Source of the DNA: Cryomorpha ignava
GTDB lineage: Bacteria > Bacteroidota > Bacteroidia > Flavobacteriales_F > PHOS-HE28
Assembly (NCBI GenBank): GCA_040391235.1
Contig: JBEBYG010000020.1
Span: 1,198 to 65,197 of the forward strand
Reading direction: 5' to 3'
DNA length: 64,000 nucleotides
Part shown: piece by piece, positions 12,178-20,030 of the stretch
Layout of the letters: each line of letters begins with the position of its first letter
Position numbering within the stretch: position 1 is the first letter of the stretch
Translations under genes and position numbers: made by a program
The notes under the pieces: generated by a model
What the model saw: only the letters and a program-made list of their open reading frames with translations
What the model was told of the DNA's origin: nothing
The model's database searches: none

Positions 12178-13677
12178 ATGTCCACATCCTCCTTCACCAC
12201 CTTCGATCGCCGGGTATTCGCCTTGGCCGTGGTGGTGTACTTGTGCGCCGCTTGGTTCAGCACGGGCTTCCACGCTGCGGACGAGCACTACCAACTGATC
12301 GCCTTTGCCGAGGCGAAGCTGGGCAACCAGCCGATCGATCAAATGTCGTGGGAGTATGATGCGCGGATCCGTTCCGCCTTCATGCCCTCACTGTGCTTGG
12401 CCGTATTCAAAGGGGCTTCTGCCGTTGGTTTGAATGATCCCTTTGCATTGAGCTTTCTCCTGCGCTTGCTCACGGCCTTGTTCGCGCTTTGGGCGATCCG
12501 TTGCTTTGTGGGTGCCGTGCGCGGCAACGTGCCTCCCGGGCTTTGGCGCCCCTTCCTCCTGCTCTCCTTCTTCCTCTGGTTCCTGCCGTTCCTGGGCGTG
12601 CGCTTCGCGAGCGAGACCTGGTCCGGCCTCTTCGTGGTTCTTGCATTGGCCGCGTTGCTATCACCGAAAGCATCCGCAACACGACACCTCCAAACCGGCC
12701 TGCTTCTGGGCTTGGCCTTCCTCTGCCGTCCACCCACCTTGGCCTTGGCCGCGGGCATCGTGTTGTGGTTGGTAGTGGTGAAGCGGGAACACTTCAAAGG
12801 CGTTCTTCAATTGCTGGCCGGGATCGTACTGATGATCGTCGCAGGTGTTGCCTTGGATAGTTGGTTCTATGGGGAAGCCACCTTCACCGCATGGAACTAT
12901 CTGCAGGTGGGGGTCGGCGGCCACGAGGACCATCCATTCACTCCTTTCGCCTGGTGGTACTATCCGGCGTGGATCGTGAAATATGGGATCCCTCCCATCG
13001 GCTTTGTCATACTTGCATCCTTCGCCACGCTGATCCTGTTCAGACCGAAGAGTATTCTTGTTTGGCTGATCGTTCCCTTCCTTGTTCTTCACCTGTCCTT
13101 GGCACACAAGGACCTCCGTTTCCTATATCCGATCGCCTTCCTGCTTCCACTGCTCTTGGTGCAAACGTGGAGCGTTTGGGTGGAACGGAATGTTCTGAAG
13201 ACGGTACCTTCCAAGGCAACGAAGTTCATACTTGGCGTGGTGGCGACGGTCAATCTGGTTGCACTATTAGTGGTGATCACTTCTCCTGCCGGAAGAGGCC
13301 GCACCCGCTTGGCGAGCGTGATCCAGCATCGCTACTCCGGCAAAGAAATACACCTGAACTACGTCGCTGATAAAACAACCGTTTGGGATATCCGGATTCC
13401 ACGCTTCTACCTGCCTCCTTCCTATTCGGACGCATTGATAACCGACCCTTGCCTCCCGCTGCATCATACCGATGATGCCGTTGAATTACTGATCACGGAC
13501 CAGCCCCTGCCCCGCTGCAGCCAGAATACCGATCTCCAGTGGAACCAAGTGGAATACGCACTTCCGCGGTGGAAGGAATGGGCGCTGAAGGCCTACGATC
13601 TGGAAGACGTTCGCCCGGTATGGGTCCTCTATGAAAGGCGACCGGGGCGCCCTGCCGGATTACCTTCGTCCCCATGA
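12178..13677 (+). CDS. GT-C family membrane glycosyltransferase of the Glyco_transf_22 type (ALG9/PIG-B-like mannosyltransferase homolog)
   Basis: 499 aa polytopic membrane protein. N-terminal HAADEHYQLIAFAE matches the HxDE(H/Y)xQ signature of GPI/ALG mannosyltransferases. Confidence 0.5.
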   Translation: MSTSSFTTFDRRVFALAVVVYLCAAWFSTGFHAADEHYQLIAFAEAKLGNQPIDQMSWEYDARIRSAFMPSLCLAVFKGASAVGLNDPFALSFLLRLLTALFALWAIRCFVGAVRGNVPPGLWRPFLLLSFFLWFLPFLGVRFASETWSGLFVVLALAALLSPKASATRHLQTGLLLGLAFLCRPPTLALAAGIVLWLVVVKREHFKGVLQLLAGIVLMIVAGVALDSWFYGEATFTAWNYLQVGVGGHEDHPFTPFAWWYYPAWIVKYGIPPIGFVILASFATLILFRPKSILVWLIVPFLVLHLSLAHKDLRFLYPIAFLLPLLLVQTWSVWVERNVLKTVPSKATKFILGVVATVNLVALLVVITSPAGRGRTRLASVIQHRYSGKEIHLNYVADKTTVWDIRIPRFYLPPSYSDALITDPCLPLHHTDDAVELLITDQPLPRCSQNTDLQWNQVEYALPRWKEWALKAYDLEDVRPVWVLYERRPGRPAGLPSSP

Positions 13678-14243
13678 TCCGATACCTGATCGTTGCGGCA
13701 TTTCTCCTTTGCCTGTCACCTCTGCTTCATGCGCAGGACAGCACGGCCTATGTGCAGGAGAAGCCAACCCAAAAACCCATCCCATTCAAGGACCGGCTGT
13801 GGTTCGGTGGTGGCATTGGCTTGAGCTTCGGGACGGTGACCGCCGTGCAAGTGGATCCCGTGCTGGGTATTTATTTGGATCGGCCGCGGAAGGTGTCGGT
13901 AGGCCTCGGTCCGAGCTATTCATATTATCAGGACAACCGCTATGCGCCTGCGTATGAGCTCAGCTCATACGGCTATCGGGTCTTCACACGGTATCGGGTG
14001 ATCGAGCAAGCCTTCCTGCATGCGGAATTCCTGCACCTGAATACCGAGCCCTTTTACAACTTCGATAACAACCTTGGGCGGATCTGGGTACCACACCTGC
14101 TGCTGGGTGCAGGATACGTGCAACCGATCAGTCCGCGTAGTTCCTTTTACATCCAGGTGTTGTTCGAAGTATTGCAGGACCCGAACAGCATATACTGGAG
14201 CACGGGCCCGATCTTCAGCGGCGGTGTGGGGATCGGCTTTTAG
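13674..14243 (+). CDS. Putative small outer-membrane beta-barrel protein
   Basis: Signal peptide (MIRYLIVAAFLLCLSPLLHAQ), alternating beta-strand pattern and a C-terminal aromatic residue (...GVGIGF). ATGA overlap with the upstream gene. Confidence 0.5.
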   Translation: MIRYLIVAAFLLCLSPLLHAQDSTAYVQEKPTQKPIPFKDRLWFGGGIGLSFGTVTAVQVDPVLGIYLDRPRKVSVGLGPSYSYYQDNRYAPAYELSSYGYRVFTRYRVIEQAFLHAEFLHLNTEPFYNFDNNLGRIWVPHLLLGAGYVQPISPRSSFYIQVLFEVLQDPNSIYWSTGPIFSGGVGIGF

Positions 14244-14287
14244 CCGATGTTCGTGAAACCTGCTACAAGAAGGAATACTCCTAAATG

Positions 14288-14316
14288 CAAAAACCCGCCA
14301 ATTGGCGGGTTTTGCA
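14288..14316. terminator. Bidirectional terminator hairpin
   Basis: Perfect palindrome GCAAAAACCCGCCAATTGGCGGGTTTTGC located between the + strand gene and the 3' end of the - strand tmRNA. Confidence 0.7.
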
Positions 14317-14318
14317 AT

Positions 14319-14716
14319 GGTGGAGCCGGAGGGATTCGAACCCTCGTCCAAACGACCGTACCACGAGCTTTCCACATGCTTCTTCCTTCGTTGGTTTTCG
14401 AAAGCCAGCCGGGAAAGGACACCCTACTGACAACTTAGGTCCTGTTTTCTCATCAGCGCTTCGGACCACCGCGCTGACCAGCTTCCCATGATGATACCCC
14501 TGGGCCGGGAAGGAGGGTTGCGGGCCTCCCCGAGGGGTACTTGCCCCCGCTACTGTTGTTCACGGGGTGAAGCTTCATAGCCTTGGGCTATTAAGCAGCA
14601 AGTGCGTACTCTGTTTCGCCGGTTAAGGCTTGAAGATCGAGATTAAAGAGCGTCATCCTCAATGCTCTGCATGCTTACACGCACTACGAAGCCGCTGTCG
14701 AAACCATGTCGGCCCC
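14319..14716 (-). ncRNA. ssrA: tmRNA (SsrA), transfer-messenger RNA
   Basis: On the minus strand the 5' end reads GGGGCCGACATGGTTTCGACAGCGG and the 3' end reads GAGGGTTCGAATCCCTCCGGCTCCACCA (T-arm plus acceptor stem with a G3:U pair, then CCA). An internal tag ORF GGC GAA ACA GAG TAC GCA CTT GCT GCT TAA TAG encodes GETEYALAA followed by a double stop. Confidence 0.9.
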
Positions 14717-14950
14717 AATTCTTGGCTGTGCTTTCAAAGAACAGCACAAAGATACGCATTCCACCTTGAAATGCAGCACTGGCAAGGATTTGGGGAGATC
14801 CCGAAAGTGGCCATCCACCCCATCACAGGCTCATTGCTCCCACATCCACGATACTCTTTGTCGGATCAGGCTCCTTCCCTGGAAGGACAGATGCCAATTA
14901 GGAGGCCCCCCTCCTCCACAAGTTCTACTTTTGCGGCCGCATTACATCCC

Positions 14951-16180
14951 ATGTTCAAGAAGATCGGTCTCATTCGCGAGGGCAAGACACCTCCGGATCG
15001 TCGGGTTCCACTCACCCCGAAACAATGCAACGAAGCCATGCTGAAAGGCATCGATATTGCGGTACAGCGAAGTCCGGTGCGCGCATATACGGATGCCGAA
15101 TACACGGCCCAGGGTGTACGGGTGACAGAGGATCTTACCGACCGCGACCTGTTGATCGGCGTGAAGGAAGTGCCTTTGGATATGCTCATGGCCGATAAGG
15201 CCTACCTCTTCTTTTCGCACACCATCAAACAGCAACCCTACAACGCCGAGCTATTACGCACCGTACTGGAACGGCGCATCACATTGCTGGATCATGAGCT
15301 GCTCACGGATCCCAATGGCACACGGGTGCTGGCCTTCGGTAAATGGGCAGGCGTGGTGGGTGCCTACAATGCGCTCCGAGCGTGGGAAGTAGCTCATGGT
15401 GATAAGATCACGCTTCGGCCCGCGCATGAATGCCACGACCGCGTTGAGATGGACCAGCACCTGGACGAATTCCCTCTGCCGAAGAACCTACGGGTCGTAT
15501 TGACCGGAACGGGGCGTGTGGGGCACGGTGCCATGGAAACGCTCGAGCGCGCTGGCTTGACCAAGGTCTCACCGAGTGATTTCCTCAACAAGGATCCTGA
15601 TGGACCTGTGTACACGGTGTTGGGCAGTTCAGATCTCTACGTTCGTGCAGATGGCCAGCCCTTCGACCGGGCTGCATTCCATGCTGATCCCCGCGGGCAC
15701 CGTGCCGACTTCCTGCCCTTCGCGAAGCGTGCACAGATCTATGTTGCCTGCCATTTCTGGGATGCACGCGGCCCCAAGATCCTTACCTCCGAAGAACTTC
15801 GCAACCCAGCTCTTGGCTTGAAGGTGGTAGCCGATATCAGCTGTGATATCGACGGCCCCATCGATAGCACCCTTCGCGCCAGCACCATCGCCGATCCATT
15901 CTTCGGCTATGACATTGCCACGGGAAAAGAATGCGCTGTCGGAGCACCCGGCAGCGTTACCGTGATGTCCGTTGACAACCTACCCTGCGAGCTGCCCCGC
16001 GATTCCTCCAAGTCATTCGGACAGGACCTGATGTCCAACGTAATGCCTCATCTCACCAGCGATGATCGCGAAGGGATGATCGCCCGCGCAACGATCGCGA
16101 AGGATGGTCATCTGACGGAGCGATATGCCTATCTCACGGATTACGCGAAAGGCCCGACCAACCGATCGGAACAGCAATAG
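14951..16180 (+). CDS. Alanine dehydrogenase / saccharopine dehydrogenase (LKR-type) family protein
   Basis: KIGLIREGKTPPDRRVPLTPKQ N-terminus resembles the AlaDH/PNT/LKR N-terminal domain. The track ORF beginning at 14630 is an artefactual 5' extension that overlaps ssrA, and the ATG at 14951 is the likely start. Confidence 0.65.
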   Translation: MFKKIGLIREGKTPPDRRVPLTPKQCNEAMLKGIDIAVQRSPVRAYTDAEYTAQGVRVTEDLTDRDLLIGVKEVPLDMLMADKAYLFFSHTIKQQPYNAELLRTVLERRITLLDHELLTDPNGTRVLAFGKWAGVVGAYNALRAWEVAHGDKITLRPAHECHDRVEMDQHLDEFPLPKNLRVVLTGTGRVGHGAMETLERAGLTKVSPSDFLNKDPDGPVYTVLGSSDLYVRADGQPFDRAAFHADPRGHRADFLPFAKRAQIYVACHFWDARGPKILTSEELRNPALGLKVVADISCDIDGPIDSTLRASTIADPFFGYDIATGKECAVGAPGSVTVMSVDNLPCELPRDSSKSFGQDLMSNVMPHLTSDDREGMIARATIAKDGHLTERYAYLTDYAKGPTNRSEQQ

Positions 16181-16199
16181 ACAGCAACTGGGCTGCGGG

Positions 16200-16805
16200 T
16201 CAACGGGCTTGTACAGCACCGCTCAGGTAGGTATCCTCCTCTCTACCTACGCGCATTTCCAGCGTGAAATAGGAAGTGAATGGACCCAGCGTATCGCTGC
16301 TTGCCACCAAGGGGCCGGCAGTTTTTCGCGCCAACGTCAGCAAGCCGAGTCCGGCGCCTCCGTTGGATGAACGGGCATCGCCCGCCAAGAGCTTCATATA
16401 ATGCTCCTTCAGGTCTTCCCGGGCCATCAAGTTCAGGATCTCCACCCGATGGGCAAGTAGCATTCCTGTGGCAAAGGGCACTGCATTTCCCGTGGCCATG
16501 CGGTAGCCGGAACGGTCGCGCACCAAGAGCGCAAAAGAGGCTTCGTTCAGAACGCCCAAGGCATGGCGGCTGAGATTATCCACCGCCTCCACCAGCACAT
16601 GCATCAATCGCTTCCGGAGCAACAAGGGGTCACCGTTGGCATGGCAATGGGCCTCTGCCAACTCCAGCATGCCGGGAACCTCCAGAGGATCTATCGCCCC
16701 CGAATGCTCCAGCACCAACTTGGCTGAAGGGTCAGCCAGAAAACTTGACTTCGTCTTGTCCAGCCAGCGTTGGCCCATGTTCGGGAGCGGAACGGCATAC
16801 TTCAT
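16200..16805 (-). CDS. Hypothetical protein with a GHKL-ATPase-like G-box (possible RsbW-like anti-sigma/kinase-type ATP-binding protein)
   Basis: SNGGAGLGLLTLARK looks like a GxGxGL ATP-lid motif and there is an N-box-like region upstream. No other domain recognised. Confidence 0.3.
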   Translation of the reverse strand: MKYAVPLPNMGQRWLDKTKSSFLADPSAKLVLEHSGAIDPLEVPGMLELAEAHCHANGDPLLLRKRLMHVLVEAVDNLSRHALGVLNEASFALLVRDRSGYRMATGNAVPFATGMLLAHRVEILNLMAREDLKEHYMKLLAGDARSSNGGAGLGLLTLARKTAGPLVASSDTLGPFTSYFTLEMRVGREEDTYLSGAVQAR

Positions 16806-16981
16806 AGATCAGTTCGGAGCGATGGTGTCACGGGTGAGCCGCATGTTCAAGCATGACCACTTGGTACGTAAAAACACGCTCCAGGGTTTGTTGCCACCAT
16901 TCCTAAGCCATCACTGCGCTTGAATTCCCCGATCATTCATTCCTTTACACGATAGAACTTCCAGAACCATTCCTCGAACAC

Positions 16982-17689
16982 ATGAAGACCCTCGCCTATT
17001 TCACCCTCGTAGCGTTGCTGGCCACCGGTTGCGATATGAACTGCATTCAAGGGGAAGGCACCGTGGAAGAACGGGTCTTGGAAATGCCTTCATTCACGGG
17101 TATCGAGGTAGGTGGATCCATGCAGGTGACCATTGAAAAAGGGACCCCACAACAGATCACAGTAAGTGCACAACCGAACTTGCTCGATCTGCTGAACACG
17201 GAAGTGAAAGGCGATGTCTGGCGCATCCGGACCTCCCAGTGCTGGACCTCTGGTGCTGACTTCAAGGTGCATATCATCACCCCTTCCCTGATCAACTCCG
17301 TGGAAGCCCAAGGCAGTGCGGATGTACACACGCAGGATGTATTCGGCACGGGAAGCGTGAAGCTTTCCACGGAGGGAAGTAGCACGATCACCGTTGCCGG
17401 CATCAATGAAAAGAAGGTCGACCTTGATATCTCAGGAAGTGGAGCCATCACCATCCACGGCACCTGCGGCGAGCTGAATGCATCCCTCTCCGGCAGCGGG
17501 GATCTCTATGGCCAGAACCTCACCGCCAATGAGGCCTCTGTAAAGGTGTCCGGCAGCGGAAGCGCCACCTTCACTGCGATCTCCAAGCTGGATGCGCAGG
17601 TTTCCGGAAGCGGAACGGTCCGCTATGGTGGCAAGCCCAATGTGAACTCCAAGATCTCCGGCAGCGGTTCCGTTGCCCCGCTTGAATGA
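16982..17689 (+). CDS. DUF2807/GIN-domain lipoprotein (putative adhesin-head-like)
   Basis: Lipobox LLATGC and repeated G-rich beta-strand units (ISGSGAITIHG, VSGSGSATFTA, VSGSGTVRYGG) typical of GIN-domain proteins. Confidence 0.65.
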   Translation: MKTLAYFTLVALLATGCDMNCIQGEGTVEERVLEMPSFTGIEVGGSMQVTIEKGTPQQITVSAQPNLLDLLNTEVKGDVWRIRTSQCWTSGADFKVHIITPSLINSVEAQGSADVHTQDVFGTGSVKLSTEGSSTITVAGINEKKVDLDISGSGAITIHGTCGELNASLSGSGDLYGQNLTANEASVKVSGSGSATFTAISKLDAQVSGSGTVRYGGKPNVNSKISGSGSVAPLE

Positions 17690-18435
17690 AGAACATCTTG
17701 ATCCTGATCGCCACACTGGCCCTGGCCTCCTGTTCCTCCTCGGAGCAAGATGCTGTGGACGATGCCATTGCAGGTACAACCGGGCATCCCAGCCTGAACG
17801 CGCCATTGGCCCATGCCAAGCCGTTCCACCTATTGGAACTGACCAATCTGGAGGACAACGTGCATAATGACACCCTCCTGATCTACACCACCCATGAGCT
17901 GGGTGATGGCACCTTCGTGCTTGCAGGAAAGAACATGGAGGACACCCGCGAAGGATTGCGGCTCATCCAATATCGCCCCCGGGCGGACAGCAGTGCCGAG
18001 GTGCTGGCCGTTTCAAAACCAGCATACGATAGTGATGTGATGTTGCCCACCTACTTCGCCTCGGACGACACCGCTGATGGCATCATCATCTTGGCGAATT
18101 ATGGTGGCTTGCAGAGTTGGGGCCAAAACGCATTCTTGCTGAAGGACCATCATTTCACCGACCTGGGCTGGCTGGATGTAGCGGAGCGCGGCTGGAAAAC
18201 GCGCATGGACAGCCTGCAGCAATTCAGGAGCAACATCGCGCCGAAAACACTGGTGAGCGGGGCGGACGGTCAATTCGAATTCACCTTCACCACCGACAGT
18301 GTGCAGCTCTTCGATGACCTGCAAGGTGGAACCGAAGTGATGCTGCCGTCCAACCGGATCAAATACCGGTACGATGGAAAGCAGATGGTGCTGATCGTGG
18401 ACGGCGAACCTCGCTACCGCAAGGAGCCGCTCTGA
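17686..18435 (+). CDS. Hypothetical lipoprotein
   Basis: Lipobox LALASCSS and no recognisable domain. ATGA overlap with the upstream gene. Confidence 0.5.
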   Translation: MKNILILIATLALASCSSSEQDAVDDAIAGTTGHPSLNAPLAHAKPFHLLELTNLEDNVHNDTLLIYTTHELGDGTFVLAGKNMEDTREGLRLIQYRPRADSSAEVLAVSKPAYDSDVMLPTYFASDDTADGIIILANYGGLQSWGQNAFLLKDHHFTDLGWLDVAERGWKTRMDSLQQFRSNIAPKTLVSGADGQFEFTFTTDSVQLFDDLQGGTEVMLPSNRIKYRYDGKQMVLIVDGEPRYRKEPL

Positions 18436-18436
18436 G

Positions 18437-19354
18437 TCACTCTACGATCGGGATCAACCCGCGGATACCCATATCCACCACGGTATCACCGGCCAGTGGC
18501 TCAAAGATCCCGTCGCCCGCTGTGTCGATCCACTCGAAGCTCTTGTTGGTGCTCAGGGAAACGGTGATGATCACATCCTCCGTTTCGTTGCCGGTGATCA
18601 CCAAGGGCGATGCGAAGGCACCCGTGGCTACGCAGGAACCCGCGGGGATCGGTGATGTTGCGAACAATGGATTCACCACCGTGGTGGCTCCCGGGGGCGC
18701 TTGGCCGGTTATCGGAGCCATCGGGATCGGTGGGTTATTCACCTCAAAGGCCCAGTAGCCTTGCGGACGGTTGCCGTTCACAACGACTTGTTGCTGGCCT
18801 ACTGTGTATGCGCCGATGTAGGTATTGTAGCCGATGAAGGAAGCGATCGTGCCCGTCAAGTCCATCGCACCAAAGCCGAAGACCGTATCGGTGTAACGGA
18901 ATTTCACGTTGTAGTTCTGGTAGGATAACGAGACGCGCAGCCATGAATAGGTCCCGGTGGCCAAAGCCGAAAGCGGGATGTTCAGGAAGGTCCCTCCGTC
19001 CGCTGCGTGTACCTCCTGTGCGAAGTCGATCGCGGTAGCGCCGCCCATAGCGGTCTCCGGCGCGTGGTATACAACGGCACCCGCCCCTAATGCGGTAAGG
19101 CCGGAAGGTGCGAACTCAACATAATGACCGCTGATCTTGTTGAACCGAGGGCTTTGGGCCGCATGGCCGGCAGGTATCGAAACCGGCTCGCCGAAATTGC
19201 CCAAACGCACTTGGGTACTGTCCAGCTTGAACTTCATTATCAACCGGGGACCGCTCTGCACGGCAGGTGAGGGGATCGGGTCCGGTTGCTCCTTCTTGCA
19301 GGCAACAGCGGTGACCAGAAAAAGGATCGGGAGCAGGTAGCGCATATTGAACAT
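18437..19354 (-). CDS. Hypothetical lipoprotein
   Basis: Lipobox VTAVACKK and no recognisable domain. Confidence 0.5.
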   Translation of the reverse strand: MFNMRYLLPILFLVTAVACKKEQPDPIPSPAVQSGPRLIMKFKLDSTQVRLGNFGEPVSIPAGHAAQSPRFNKISGHYVEFAPSGLTALGAGAVVYHAPETAMGGATAIDFAQEVHAADGGTFLNIPLSALATGTYSWLRVSLSYQNYNVKFRYTDTVFGFGAMDLTGTIASFIGYNTYIGAYTVGQQQVVVNGNRPQGYWAFEVNNPPIPMAPITGQAPPGATTVVNPLFATSPIPAGSCVATGAFASPLVITGNETEDVIITVSLSTNKSFEWIDTAGDGIFEPLAGDTVVDMGIRGLIPIVE

Positions 19355-19551
19355 GGATCAACTTTTCTAAGCGGCAAATATCGACCTATCGGGGGAATCC
19401 GATCAACCTCATTTTCAGCCTATCCAAAGCGGCGATCAATGGCCCCTCCCTGCACGCTGCCCACCGCAACGGGACCGCCATGGTGATGATCGTCGGCATC
19501 TTCGAGAGCGCCATAACCACCCATTGGAGGCAGCCAACCAGCCAATTTATC

Positions 19552-19570
19552 TTGTATGCACGCATAACAA
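19552..19570 (+). promoter_or_regulatory. Inverted repeat TTGTATGCacGCATAACAA, candidate MarR operator
   Basis: Palindrome ending 2 bp before the ATG at 19572 of the MarR gene, consistent with the typical autoregulatory arrangement. Confidence 0.4.
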
Positions 19571-19571
19571 T

Positions 19572-20030
19572 ATGATTACCTTCGGGCTTTCCACCATGAG
19601 GCCCGAAGAAACCATTGACCACCCGATCCGATGGGCATGGCACCGCATCATGCGGCGCTACAATGAACAAGCATCGGCGCACGGCGGCTCGATGAGCATC
19701 GGCTATGTATTGCTGAACATCGATCCCGAAGGAACGCCCAGCACCAAGCTCGGACCCAAAATGGGCATGGAGGCGCGCAGCCTCTCGCGCACGCTGAAGA
19801 ACATGGAGGAGGAAGGCCTGATCAAGCGTGTGCCTGATAGCTCCGATGGTCGCAAGAGCTTGGTGAAGTTGACCGCCAAGGGCAAACAGATGCGCGACCT
19901 GAGCAAGGACACCGTGATCCGTTTTAACGAGGCGGTGCGCGCCCACATTCCAGCGGGTCAACTGCAGACCTTCCACAACGTGATGAACAAGATAAATTCG
20001 TTGCTCGACAACGACGAACTCTTCAAATAA
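19572..20030 (+). CDS. MarR-family transcriptional regulator, first gene of the beta-oxidation operon
   Basis: Winged-HTH MarR core (...LGPKMGMEARSLSRTLKNMEEEGLIKRVPDSSDGRKSLVKLTAKG...). The alternative upstream start at 19524 would include the palindrome inside the coding sequence. Confidence 0.75.
   Translation: MITFGLSTMRPEETIDHPIRWAWHRIMRRYNEQASAHGGSMSIGYVLLNIDPEGTPSTKLGPKMGMEARSLSRTLKNMEEEGLIKRVPDSSDGRKSLVKLTAKGKQMRDLSKDTVIRFNEAVRAHIPAGQLQTFHNVMNKINSLLDNDELFK

Noticed and set aside
14319-14345. tRNA-like 3' end (GGTTCGAATCC...CCA) that could be mistaken for a tRNA gene
   Set aside because: No anticodon or D-arm of a canonical 76-nt tRNA follows. It is the tRNA-like domain of tmRNA, which pairs with the 5' end about 400 nt away.
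14630-14950. N-terminal 107 codons of the 516-aa ORF 14630..16180
   Set aside because: This stretch overlaps the minus-strand tmRNA, and the translation (MKIEIKERHPQCSACLH...) is not protein-like. The conserved AlaDH/LKR N-terminus begins at the Met at 14951.
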